A stretch of DNA of 57,014 nt from Candidatus Poribacteria bacterium (GCA_036339735.1 JAYZAL010000007.1:1-57014); one strand, 5' to 3'; positions 21,748 to 31,509 are shown, numbered from the stretch's first letter. Translations and numbers: made by a program. The notes: generated by a model from the sequence alone, not told the origin.

Positions 21748-22262
21748 GATAGTGAATAATTTCCTTATTGAGACGAGACTCAGTTGGAAGACTGAATTTG
21801 TTGGAATATGAAAATCAGATATTAATTGAATTAAAACGAGATTATTCTAAATAAATCGTTGAATAGAAAGCAGTTAAATGTGTCTTTTGCTATTTCAGAT
21901 TTTACTAACAGAGAAATGTATGTCTATTTATTGAATTGTCAAGATATCGATGAAGGTGAAGCCAAGAACCTTTTTTACATTTCATAAATTGTAAACCGAG
22001 AGAATTGGGTCAAGCTCTAAGAATTTGATTGTCTCCAAAGGGTTACATTCTGAAGCAACTTCGGTAGTTCTACAGTTGCGAGAATCATCCCCATACTCAT
22101 TTCCAACACCTCTCCAGTTATCTTCATATACGGTCGAAAGCCTGACCCAATCGTATTGAGTTTGAAAGTCAGTTTTTTAGTTCATCGAAGCCCTTCATTT
22201 AGACACATGAAATTGGCAGACTCTACGTGGGTAAGATTTTGGCGGTCAATTTCTGGATCTTT

Positions 22263-23618
22263 CTATCTTGCTAGCTCGTTGATTGCCTGTAGCCCCGTAC
22301 CGAATTCGTTGATATTTAAGCCCACTCGTTGGAGAAACGATAAGTGAAGCCTCGAAAGATCGGTACGTTTGTAAAACTTGAGTTGGCGACCAGTCCTAAT
22401 TGTACCACAACCTCTGCCGGCAATAATGGTTGGCAGGTCAGTTTCGTCATGCTCATCACCATCGCCTAGGCTACTTCCGTAAAGAATCATGCTGTTATCG
22501 AGCAAAGTACTACCGTTTGGTTCTCGAATGTTTTTGAGCCGACCCAACAGATAAGCAAACTGACTATGATGCCAACGGTTGACTTCAGCATACATCTTCC
22601 GCTTCGATTCCACTGAATCCCAGGACGTCGTACCGTCATCGTCTTCGGTCTTTCCTGAAGCATTGCCATAATGAGATAAAGCGTGCCATGTTCCTTTAAC
22701 ACCCTCAATAAAATTGAAGTAACGATTTGATTGCCCGTGGTCTAACATGAAAGTTACCACACGGGTTGCGTTTGCCCAAAAAGCCAGAACAATCATGTCC
22801 ATCATTAGCTTCACATATTCAGAATGGTTGCTGGGAATGCCTGGCTTGGGTCGGGTCAAGGCATCAGTGAGAGCTTTATCCCCCTGCATTTTAAGCGTTT
22901 GTTCTTCCGCAAATTCGATCCGTTTCTCTAAAGCCCTAATGGAATCAAAATATTCGTCTAGCCTGTGCTGATCAGCGTTGCTCACATACTTTCTTAGAGA
23001 CTTGGCATCAGCAAGAACCATATCTATCACCGATTGATTGCTGACACCACTAGACAGCGGTCGAAACATACGGTCAAATACAACACGAGGCTCAATTTCT
23101 CTTGTCAGAGGAATACCGTCGTGCGACCATGAGATTGTGTTTCGGGGTAGTGAGTTAGAAAAAAAACCCTCACCCTGTATCGAAAGTTCTAGCGATGGTA
23201 GTAGTGTTTTCGATCCGATTCGCGAGGCTGCGAGTTGATCCACTGATATGCCACCGGCATTGGCTTCTCGCTCATCATAGTCATTCCCTGTCAACCATGT
23301 TGCTGTCCCCGCACCATGTCCATTACCCTCTGGTGTCCAGATATTTGTCGGGATGATAATGTCTTCCTTGAATGGCTCAAGAGGACTCATCCATTCATTC
23401 AATTTTAGCAGCTTACCATTACGTGCAACTTTCTGTGGATGCCAAGTCCCACGTGGGATTCCGTTTGGGAAATAGATATATGCCAGACGGCTGGTATTTT
23501 TTGATTCAACAATGGTCTTGGTCGTGAATGGTCGCATTATGTCAAGAGCGGGCAAAAGAACGGCTGCACCCAATGCGTTGAGCGTTGTTCGGCGGGAGAT
23601 TTTCTTTGGAAAAATCAT
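22263..23618 (-). CDS. DUF1552 domain protein
   Basis: SRRTTL..GAAVLLPALD, YIYFPNG, ISVDQLAA, SLELS, P..VFDRMF, LAFWANATRVVTFM, WHALSH, TLLDNSMILYGS. Confidence 0.92.
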   Translation of the reverse strand: MIFPKKISRRTTLNALGAAVLLPALDIMRPFTTKTIVESKNTSRLAYIYFPNGIPRGTWHPQKVARNGKLLKLNEWMSPLEPFKEDIIIPTNIWTPEGNGHGAGTATWLTGNDYDEREANAGGISVDQLAASRIGSKTLLPSLELSIQGEGFFSNSLPRNTISWSHDGIPLTREIEPRVVFDRMFRPLSSGVSNQSVIDMVLADAKSLRKYVSNADQHRLDEYFDSIRALEKRIEFAEEQTLKMQGDKALTDALTRPKPGIPSNHSEYVKLMMDMIVLAFWANATRVVTFMLDHGQSNRYFNFIEGVKGTWHALSHYGNASGKTEDDDGTTSWDSVESKRKMYAEVNRWHHSQFAYLLGRLKNIREPNGSTLLDNSMILYGSSLGDGDEHDETDLPTIIAGRGCGTIRTGRQLKFYKRTDLSRLHLSFLQRVGLNINEFGTGLQAINELAR

Positions 23619-23629
23619 AATTTGGATAC

Positions 23630-26122
23630 CTATTGCGGGTTCTTTTTATATTGAAAAGGATAGCTACTTATAACACCGCGTAACAGTGTATGAAAGCGAA
23701 AATCATCTGCTTTCAGTTCTTCTTTAATTCGGTGAATCGCAGGTTCGTCGTAATATTCGAGTTGGCGTCCAAGTGCATAGATCATCATTTTTGAAACCGT
23801 TTGGTGGACTAGGTCATCGTGGTACTTCTCAATTAGAATTTGCTTAAGCCCTGAGGGACCATGGAAAGTTGTGCCATCTGGTAAAACGGCGTGAGTGTCA
23901 ATTGGTTTAAGATCAAAGGAGTCTACCTCGTTTTCCTCTTGCACCTCGGATTTCTCTCGTTCCTCATTTTCTTCCTTGTACTCCCCAAGGCCAAGTTCCC
24001 AAAGGATTTCTGAAACTTCTTTTTGCTCTTCTCGATCAAGAACTTCAAAGATCTCGTCTTCGACCTCATCATCATCCAACATACGAACCCAATGCAATCC
24101 TTTAACAATTTCATCCTTTTCCGCCGGATCGACTTCCAGGTTCTCAATTCGTTTTTTCATTTCGATATCATCTATCTGTCGAAGTTTAAAAATGAGGTAG
24201 AGGAGTTCTTCTTTATCAGGCTCGTCATATCCGAGATGCCAGAAGACTTCTAGAAATTCCTCACGTTCTAGAGGATCCAGGTTCTCAAATACCTCTTTTT
24301 CTAATTCGTCCTCGGTCAAATGACGAATCCATCGGAGTCGTTTAAGGATTTCAATATTTTCCTCCGTTTTTTCAAGGTTATTGATAAGTTTCTCGAATTC
24401 CAGTCCATCTAGATTACGTAGCTCGTAAATTTTCTCCAACAGTTCTTCTGCATCACTCTCAAAGACATGCACTCGATAATTATCTCGCCACCGTCCGAAA
24501 AAATCCAAGTTCTCCAAGCTAAAACCAAGCGGGTCGATTTTACTGTGACAACTACGACAGCTTGGTTTGCTGGAGTGGAGTTGGAGCTTTTCCCGAAAGG
24601 TCAGATCAGAATTTTCTGCGATCTCCTCTTTAAGAGCGCCAGCATTTGGTGGTGGCGGAGGAACCGGTTTGCCAAGTACAGTCTCAAGAATCCAGTTTCC
24701 CCGTTTGATTGGACTTGTCTCTGTATAATTTGAAGTCACCGCCATTAAGCTGGGATGTGTGAGAATGCCTCCTCTGCTGGGATTATTCAGTTTGACGCGT
24801 CGCATATGCTTTCCCTTAATATCATTTCTGCGATAAATCACTCCTGCCAGTTCTTCGTTCATGAATGTGTAATCTGCGGTGACCAGTTCACCAATTGGTC
24901 TGTTACTTCGAAGCAACGACAAAAAAAACATCGTTGATTCCGCTCGCATGGCGTCCATTAAGGAATCGGTGCACCATGGAACCTCAATTGGATCCAATCT
25001 TACCCGCGAGCCAATAAATCGGAATCCAAGCCACTGAGCAGCAAAAACATCACCGAGCGTATCGGCCTTTCTATCGGAGAGCATTCGTTCAATTTGAGAT
25101 TTGAGAACTTTTGGTTGGCTTAGGATTCCCTCGGCGGCTACATCAAACAGTTCGTCGTCGGGCATTGACGACCACAAAAAATAAGAGAGACGAGTGGCAA
25201 GTTCCCAATCGTTGATTTGGTAGGCATCTATTCCTTTTTGTCCAACTTCAATTCGCAATAGAAATTTTGGTGAGATGAGAACAGATCTGAGCACTTGTTT
25301 TATAGCTTCATCAAAACTCTGTCCAGATTGAGATGCTTGATCGAATTGATGCTTCACACGATTTAGTTCCTCGGTCGATGGTGGGCGGCGATAAGATCGA
25401 AGCAGGAAATGGTTCAATATTTGGCCTGCAGCCTTTTTTTTACTGATGTTACTACTGGGTTCAACAATGAAAATTTGTTTGCGTGCTCGATGGTGGTCAA
25501 CACTTTTAGGAGATTGGGGCAAAGCAAGATCAACTACTCGGTCTGCAGCACTTATATAGCGTTCCATCAATGCTGGCTGAAGGAATAGCGTATTCGCAGA
25601 GTTTTCAAAACTGCTTATTCCAGTTAGTTCCGAAGGAAATCGTGCAGCAGGTTTGAGATCAATTCCAAATAAGTCTCGGATTGTGTTGTTATATTCCAGA
25701 TTGGTGAGTCGACGAATCGGTTCAAAACCTGGATTTTGTATTGTTGAGTAATCAAACTGATTCAGGACTTGACTCAAAACCTCTACAATTCGGGTACGTT
25801 CAGTTTGGGTCGGCTGCAATTCTCCTTCCGGTGGCATATCATTCAATGTCAAGCGTTCAATGACATGATCCCATTGTATTCGATTTCTGATCAATGGCTG
25901 ATCGGTGATGAGCGATTCTAGATCTAGACCAGCATATGCTTCATTTGTATCGTGACACCGAAAACAGAATTTTTCTAGGTGAAGATTGAGTTGTTCTTTT
26001 GCATCATTTTCAGCTGCTATACCTTGTGCAAATTTCACCTGAACAAGAAAAAGAAAGATGAACCAAATTATGAGTTTGTACTTGTCGATGGATTTGGTTT
26101 TCCACAGCATAGTTGTTTCCAA
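23630..26122 (-). CDS. DUF1592-family protein (PSCyt + DUF1587/1595/1592/1588/1585) with acidic tandem-repeat insertion
   Basis: CFRCH; IRRLTNLEYNNTIRDL; ELATRLSYFLWSSMPDDEL; RGGILT; TSPIKRG.W; CRSCHSKIDPLGF.LENLD..GRWR; YALGRQL. Confidence 0.92.
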   Translation of the reverse strand: METTMLWKTKSIDKYKLIIWFIFLFLVQVKFAQGIAAENDAKEQLNLHLEKFCFRCHDTNEAYAGLDLESLITDQPLIRNRIQWDHVIERLTLNDMPPEGELQPTQTERTRIVEVLSQVLNQFDYSTIQNPGFEPIRRLTNLEYNNTIRDLFGIDLKPAARFPSELTGISSFENSANTLFLQPALMERYISAADRVVDLALPQSPKSVDHHRARKQIFIVEPSSNISKKKAAGQILNHFLLRSYRRPPSTEELNRVKHQFDQASQSGQSFDEAIKQVLRSVLISPKFLLRIEVGQKGIDAYQINDWELATRLSYFLWSSMPDDELFDVAAEGILSQPKVLKSQIERMLSDRKADTLGDVFAAQWLGFRFIGSRVRLDPIEVPWCTDSLMDAMRAESTMFFLSLLRSNRPIGELVTADYTFMNEELAGVIYRRNDIKGKHMRRVKLNNPSRGGILTHPSLMAVTSNYTETSPIKRGNWILETVLGKPVPPPPPNAGALKEEIAENSDLTFREKLQLHSSKPSCRSCHSKIDPLGFSLENLDFFGRWRDNYRVHVFESDAEELLEKIYELRNLDGLEFEKLINNLEKTEENIEILKRLRWIRHLTEDELEKEVFENLDPLEREEFLEVFWHLGYDEPDKEELLYLIFKLRQIDDIEMKKRIENLEVDPAEKDEIVKGLHWVRMLDDDEVEDEIFEVLDREEQKEVSEILWELGLGEYKEENEEREKSEVQEENEVDSFDLKPIDTHAVLPDGTTFHGPSGLKQILIEKYHDDLVHQTVSKMMIYALGRQLEYYDEPAIHRIKEELKADDFRFHTLLRGVISSYPFQYKKNPQ
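23975..24448 (-). repeat. Two diverged tandem 79-codon repeats inside the DUF1592 gene
   Basis: EELLEKIYELRNLD..LRWIRHL..E.EVFENLD..E..EVFWHLG vs EELLYLIFKLRQID..LHWVRML..E.EIFEVLD..E..EILWELG; unit starts at 24448 and 24211 (237 nt apart). Confidence 0.8.
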
Positions 26123-26323
26123 AATATAACAATCTATCAGATTACATATTTAACGATAGTATTATTATCGGAAAAGATTATGAGAACAAACGCTCTCGAT
26201 ACATGACTTCCAAGAGGAAAGCATGTATGAGGCTAAAGATTAAATATCCTTGAAATATCAGTTTTGATCTCTTAAATGGTACTGAATATTATTTATAAAA
26301 TTTTTATATATTTCTGTTTGATA

Positions 26324-26911
26324 CTACTTTTTTGAGATTAGAGGTCTTGATCGATGTAAATAATTTAAACTCAATATTAAGATTGCAACGAACATAAGTT
26401 CCACTACTAAGAATCTTGGATCTCCGTAATGCCTATCGACACCGCTGAATAAATTATCCAATATTAACCATTCTAATTGGTGCAGTTGGAGCCATTTGAA
26501 GCGATGGGTATACCGGTCCATGAACCCTTCAGGAAATCCATCTAAAACTCCATCTACGAAGCGTAGAAGATAGTGGTCCCACAGATCATAGCTTGTAGAT
26601 ACTAACATGCCATAGCCGTATCGTGTATCTATCCTCATCCCCCAAGCAATGATGATAATACCGCTTAGCATCCAACCCCAAAACACAGAGCGAGAAAATA
26701 AAGACCCCGAAGGACTACAATCGTGGTAAGTAAAAATAGCTAAAGTATCGATCACCGCGTGGGATAGAAACGCATAACCTAACCCTATCGATAGACAAGT
26801 CCATTCAGGAAGATTATTTGGCCATCTCAGTGTACCGTTCTTACGCTTGACCGACATTTGTCCTAAATGGACACAAACCATACCAGATAGCAGGTGAGCT
26901 GGAAGCATCAT
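26324..26911 (-). CDS. Hypothetical membrane protein, possible metal-dependent hydrolase-like
   Basis: Several hydrophobic segments; spaced His/Asp motifs (PAHLL, SHAVID, YHD, DLWDH, LHQLE). Confidence 0.6.
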   Translation of the reverse strand: MMLPAHLLSGMVCVHLGQMSVKRKNGTLRWPNNLPEWTCLSIGLGYAFLSHAVIDTLAIFTYHDCSPSGSLFSRSVFWGWMLSGIIIIAWGMRIDTRYGYGMLVSTSYDLWDHYLLRFVDGVLDGFPEGFMDRYTHRFKWLQLHQLEWLILDNLFSGVDRHYGDPRFLVVELMFVAILILSLNYLHRSRPLISKK

Positions 26912-27711
26912 AGAAAAATATTACTAATTCATTTTTTAAATCATCTAATCATTATCAAAAAATCGACTGAACAACACAAAAAATATGAAAACGTAGTGAT
27001 ACACAAACGTAGAAAAGTTTCGGTATCTGATAAAAAGAGATGAGAGCGAAACCCCTTATTGTGACGCAAAACCTGAGACTATTGCTACTTATATTCAATC
27101 AAACTCTGTATCAGAAATAGTAACTTACGGGATGTTTTCAACTACATGTCAGCATGTGGCGCTCCTTGATTCAAAGATTAAATTAAGGGCTAAGTTTGAC
27201 GTAATCACTCTACTGAAGGAAGGTATGTCCTTCGGAAAGACGAAATCAAGTTTTTGGGATTAGGAAGGAAGACAAATCAAATTGCTTGATTCCCCGAATT
27301 TCTATTTCCGTATATTTCACGCAAGTCTGAGGGACCATTTATACGAACTGTTTGGTCCAACAAGCAGGATGATAGAAAATTTACTGCAGAAGAAAATTAC
27401 TTTATTGAATTCTGTGGATATTTGTAAACTTGTTCTCGGTACTAAAAATCCGGTTAAGACTCAGCGTTCAAACCCCAACTGACACCAGATCACAGATAGT
27501 TTATCTGCCATCTTCGATACGTGGAAACACTGTACTTATTCGAAACCTACCTATTGAATAGAAGTGTGAAAAAGCAACTACCCTGAAAGTTCATGTTTGT
27601 TATTTCCTTGATTTTAAATTCAGAATGGAAGGTGTTTAAAGGAATGAATTTGTATAGGATAGTTTAGTACGTATGAATATATATTCTTGTAATATCCCTA
27701 TTTTCTCATTT

Positions 27712-27742
27712 CTGTTTACCCCATATGTGCATGGGGAGACAG
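27712..27742 (-). terminator. Hairpin downstream of the small ORF 27750-27929
   Basis: CCCCAT/ATGGGG stem extended by CTGT/ACAG; 7 nt beyond the stop codon. Confidence 0.35.
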
Positions 27743-27749
27743 TGTTTTT

Positions 27750-27929
27750 TTAATAGTTATCTGATTGTGCATCTTTGTACCCTTTCTCATAACCTTGTCG
27801 ATATGCTTGGTCCCAAAAATAACCGACTGAAATCACAAATCCGATGGCTAATCCATCTACTAATAATGCTATTGACCAACAATAAATAGCATGTGAATTT
27901 TCAGCAATAAATTTATATATCCATTCCAT
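27750..27929 (-). CDS. Small single-TM hypothetical protein (59 aa, not in ORF track)
   Basis: Manual translation MEWIYKFIAENSHAIYCWSIALLVDGLAIGFVISVGYFWDQAYRQGYEKGYKDAQSDNY; TM segment followed by AYxxGYxxGY repeat; downstream hairpin. Confidence 0.55.
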   Translation of the reverse strand: MEWIYKFIAENSHAIYCWSIALLVDGLAIGFVISVGYFWDQAYRQGYEKGYKDAQSDNY

Positions 27930-28446
27930 TATCGTTCTCTATAGATTTAATATTCTTATAATCCATGATTTGCCTGTAATATTTTATTCTAGATTGTCAG
28001 AGAATTCCAGTCATGATATTTCGTATTACTGACATCTCGATGTTCGGTCTTATCCGTATATCGACCAACATTAAATTCGCCGTGGAATGTAAATCAGAGG
28101 CATTATTAATTTCAATTTCCCTTATTTCTTCGGCACCTTTATTTATCCGCAACACAAACAACTACAGTTGTAAAAGAAATTTGTTTTTTATTTTGGCTTA
28201 AATAGGAACTTAGAGGATTATAGGCACAACTTCTTGGTCTTATATCAGATTATAAAAGGCATCTAAAGCATTAAAAATGGTTACTGCTGGACTGTCTGCA
28301 ATCTTTGCTTGAATTGAATATGTTTACAGGCATTAATACTGTATGGGATATACTTTATATCGGTTCGTGCAGGATTTTTTACGTAATTTCTGACCTTGTG
28401 ACAATTCCTGTTTCGAAAACTCCCTCGAAGATGGTTAATTTTACTA

Positions 28447-28487
28447 GCCCCGATTCTCGCGAGTCTTTAAGTTACTAGAGTCGGGGC
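28447..28487. repeat. GC-rich inverted repeat (terminator- or REP-like)
   Basis: GCCCCGATTCT (28447-28457) and AGAGTCGGGGC (28477-28487), 10/11 complementary in an AT-rich context. Confidence 0.45.
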
Positions 28488-28641
28488 AATTTAACTTCCG
28501 TTTCTTGTTTTCTTCAGCTCCATATTTATTTGGAATATACTGGGGAAGTAGTATCTCATTAGCTGAATCATCTATTAGATTATTGATCTTGACATTTTAG
28601 AACCTTGATGATTTTAAAGATCAAATTGACAGGGAAAGTTA

Positions 28642-28785
28642 CTAGCAACAACCACTCTGGCAGCCACCATCTTCTACCACTTCATGAACTAACTGTTTTG
28701 ATTCGACCAATTTTGCTTTCGACCGATTACGGACTTGGGTTTTCTTTCTATCTTTGCGTTGCTTTCTTTTTATTTTTTTACTCAT
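28642..28785 (-). CDS. Small basic protein with C-terminal CxxGCC motif (47 aa, not in ORF track)
   Basis: Manual translation MSKKIKRKQRKDRKKTQVRNRSKAKLVESKQLVHEVVEDGGCQSGCC; AAGGA RBS 6 nt before ATG. Confidence 0.65.
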   Translation of the reverse strand: MSKKIKRKQRKDRKKTQVRNRSKAKLVESKQLVHEVVEDGGCQSGCC

Positions 28786-28963
28786 ATTGATTCCTTGATC
28801 ATGATCCTATACTTATCGAACGACAAGTCCCCATTAATATAATACATAATAGTAGAAGTCGATTGCTAACTTTCTATTATAATCATAGCTTTTGCCAGTG
28901 AAGTTAACAATTTTACTGATAGCTAACATGGATAACAAGAATTTACCTTCGGCAAACTCAAAT

Positions 28964-29530
28964 TTAGTGTTCATGGTCATGGTCATGGTCATGGTCATGA
29001 TCATGATTATGCTCTTCAGCATGACTAGTTTCATTTCCTTCCGGAAAAGGGAACGAAAGGTTTTGGAACTTTTGTCCTTTAACTGAAATTTGCTCGATTT
29101 CAACACCGAATCGGCCCTGATTGATCAGATTCTCTGACTGCACAACAAAAACTGAAGAATCTCCAATTGTTTCACCAGAGAGTGAATTGGCAACGGCTTG
29201 GAGTTCTAACTCATTAAAACCAGCAGCCGAATCGGTTTTAGTTTTTAGGATAATGGTCGGTTGTGTTAGTCGAACACCATTTCGAGCTTCTCCATCCAAG
29301 ACATAAATGGTTAGTTCTCCTTTGTTTTGGTCCAACACCAGTTCGAGGTGAGCAAATTCATTGCCCAAAACTACCAAGGTACCACCGTGAGGTGCGACAT
29401 GTTGGTGATGTGTTTCTCCAGAGTTAGCCTTTTTATTTTTGCTAGGATCTTCTGGTTGACACCCTAATAGTAACCCGAACAAACATAAAAATAAAAAGCT
29501 AAAATGGAACAATATTCGCACTAGTTTCAT
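28964..29530 (-). CDS. His-rich putative metal-binding lipoprotein
   Basis: Lipobox LLGC; HHQHVAPHGGTLVVLGNEFAHLELVLD; C-terminal HAEEHNHDHDHDHDHDHEH; AAGGA RBS. Confidence 0.8.
   Translation of the reverse strand: MKLVRILFHFSFLFLCLFGLLLGCQPEDPSKNKKANSGETHHQHVAPHGGTLVVLGNEFAHLELVLDQNKGELTIYVLDGEARNGVRLTQPTIILKTKTDSAAGFNELELQAVANSLSGETIGDSSVFVVQSENLINQGRFGVEIEQISVKGQKFQNLSFPFPEGNETSHAEEHNHDHDHDHDHDHEH
28971..29006 (-). repeat. Hexanucleotide tandem repeat encoding the His-Asp tail
   Basis: Plus strand (TCATGG)x4 followed by (TCATGA)x2. Confidence 0.85.
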
Positions 29531-30327
29531 AAGTCATCCTTCACTGTTAAATTGAGAATCGATAAAGCGTTAATTCAACTCTTTGGCATGATGTAACCAT
29601 TAATGGTTCAAAACACATTTGAAGAGTTTGTTTATGCCATATGCTTCATGAAGAGACACATACTCTCCGACTGATTAACTGAAATATAACTTCTTCTGTT
29701 GGGTGATTCCTGGAAGAAGTCATGAGTTCGGTTTTTAGTGTTTTTTTCAATAACTGATCGATTTATCCGAGACTATATCAGTACACCTTGGCTTTGACTG
29801 AAATGTGTTATCACAATAATCAAATCTTAATCTTTGAGAGAAAATTTTGCAACACAGTCGATTGGATTTAAGTAATTGATAAAAATGATTCAACACAACT
29901 AATCTTTGTTCACCGAGTATCTGTTACAGAGAACACTGGGTTCTGATTGCGAATCCACAAGCATGTAACCCACCTTGCCCACCAGTTTGCTTAGCTTACC
30001 AATAGTACTTATAGTTCTGGTATGAGTTTGCGTTTCTCATTCATAATCCTGCTATGGAGCATATAATCTCCTTTTCACAGACGACACAACCTAATCGCAT
30101 ATTAGACTCATGTGAGAGTAACAAATTTGACAGGTTTTTCAAACAAGTTAGCCCAATAAATTAACATAAGTTATGTTGTACATATAATGACGATTGTCAA
30201 TTGCCACAACCTCTCTTTAAAGCAGTTTATTCTCATCAATCCTTAACTATGGATTTATTGGCCAAGATCCTTAAGCAGTTATTGGGTTTCAAAGAAGAGA
30301 ACATTTTGGATGTTTGATTAAAATAGA

Positions 30328-31308
30328 CTAAGAGGTATGAATTAAACTTGACCACAACTCATGTGAAATATCTTCACCAAAATTGCTGTTAGGAGGCAAA
30401 ATGACAGAAACAGCATCATGTGAATGGAGGGATTCTTGATGTGAGCATATTATACGAAAATCTTTGATTCTGTTGTCCTTTGTTAATTGTTCATACAATA
30501 ATCTGGCAGCGTCCTCCACAAATTTTAAATAGGATCCATTTAGTTCTGCAAAGGCCATTTCATCTTCTCTTTTAACAATGACTTGAGTCTCTGTATGTAG
30601 GGCCTCATCACACATTTCTTTTAAATCTTCGATCCAAACGATTTCGTCAAATTCGATAGATATTCTAGCCACTGATCTTTGAGAATGAGTTACCGTTGCT
30701 TTATTTCTGTCATTTCTCGCGAACTCAGCTAATTCATAAGAACATGGACAAGCTGAGGAGTATACGAAATCGAAATGAAGTATTTTCTTAAATTTACCGT
30801 TACTGTTTAAGTGTCCTTCCAACGCTGACTCATAATATTGGTATCCTTCTAAGCCTGAACGCAAAGACTGTTTTATCATAGGATATGAAAACTTCAGAAG
30901 AACTTTTGATTCGAAAGAATTTAAGTCATCTTTGTATTTAGCTAAAATTACATCAAGCTTATCAAAAACGTACTCGTTCTTGAACTCATAGAATGATGTC
31001 ATAATGCGAGACATGTTAATGCCTTTCTTATGAGCTTCGAGTGATACTGTTCCTGTTACTTTGGTTTCTAGCTCTATGCTACCACCTTCTCTCTTTTGAT
31101 ATCTCAAAGGTAATCTAAAGTTATGAATTCCCACTTGCTGTATAGCTACAGGAGTTCCTTGAATAAGAGAAGAAAGTCCGTTTTGTATGTCAGGGAAAGT
31201 CTCAATATCTTTTTTAGTTGGTTTATAATTTATGTCATACTTTCCGTCGGGTTCATCAGATCTAACTGGGAATTTATTATTTTTGGACATATTTATAGGG
31301 TTTGACAT
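30328..31308 (-). CDS. folE2: GTP cyclohydrolase I type B (FolE2)
   Basis: PDIQN, IQQVGI.NFRLP, KKGINMSR, YSSACPCS, HSQRS, VKREDE.AFAE, KFVEDAAR, ESLHSHDA. Confidence 0.93.
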   Translation of the reverse strand: MSNPINMSKNNKFPVRSDEPDGKYDINYKPTKKDIETFPDIQNGLSSLIQGTPVAIQQVGIHNFRLPLRYQKREGGSIELETKVTGTVSLEAHKKGINMSRIMTSFYEFKNEYVFDKLDVILAKYKDDLNSFESKVLLKFSYPMIKQSLRSGLEGYQYYESALEGHLNSNGKFKKILHFDFVYSSACPCSYELAEFARNDRNKATVTHSQRSVARISIEFDEIVWIEDLKEMCDEALHTETQVIVKREDEMAFAELNGSYLKFVEDAARLLYEQLTKDNRIKDFRIICSHQESLHSHDAVSVILPPNSNFGEDISHELWSSLIHTS

Positions 31309-31509
31309 GTCTTCGATTTATATTTTTTAAGCGTGCCATTGTTGGCTACCTGATTTATCAGTCTTATGTTTATAATTTCCTTGATTGTACCATGATAGCA
31401 AAAACGAAATCTGTACAGACTATTTCATATCACCCAATTGAGTATGGCAACACTTCTCTAATTACCTTATCAGAGCATTGACTTGAAGTGATTAATAGAA
31501 AAGTAAGCG

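Noticed and set aside
27040-27130. GCGAAAC..GACGCAAAAC and CTGAGA resembling c-di-GMP-I or TPP riboswitch fragments
   Set aside because: Required P2 pairing and GNRA loop, or the TPP stems, are absent; no plus-strand gene downstream
27210-27250. CTGAAGG..GTC..GAC-GAAA hammerhead-like string
   Set aside because: Core is not CUGANGA, and stems I and III cannot be formed
28834-29106. ORFs with MTMTMT or MVMVMV repeats
   Set aside because: Alternate-frame and antisense readings of the His-Asp hexamer repeat
31309-31500. Possible ZTP or folate-related riboswitch upstream of folE2
   Set aside because: No GACUGGCG / GGGGAGCG / GCCUGGG consensus elements
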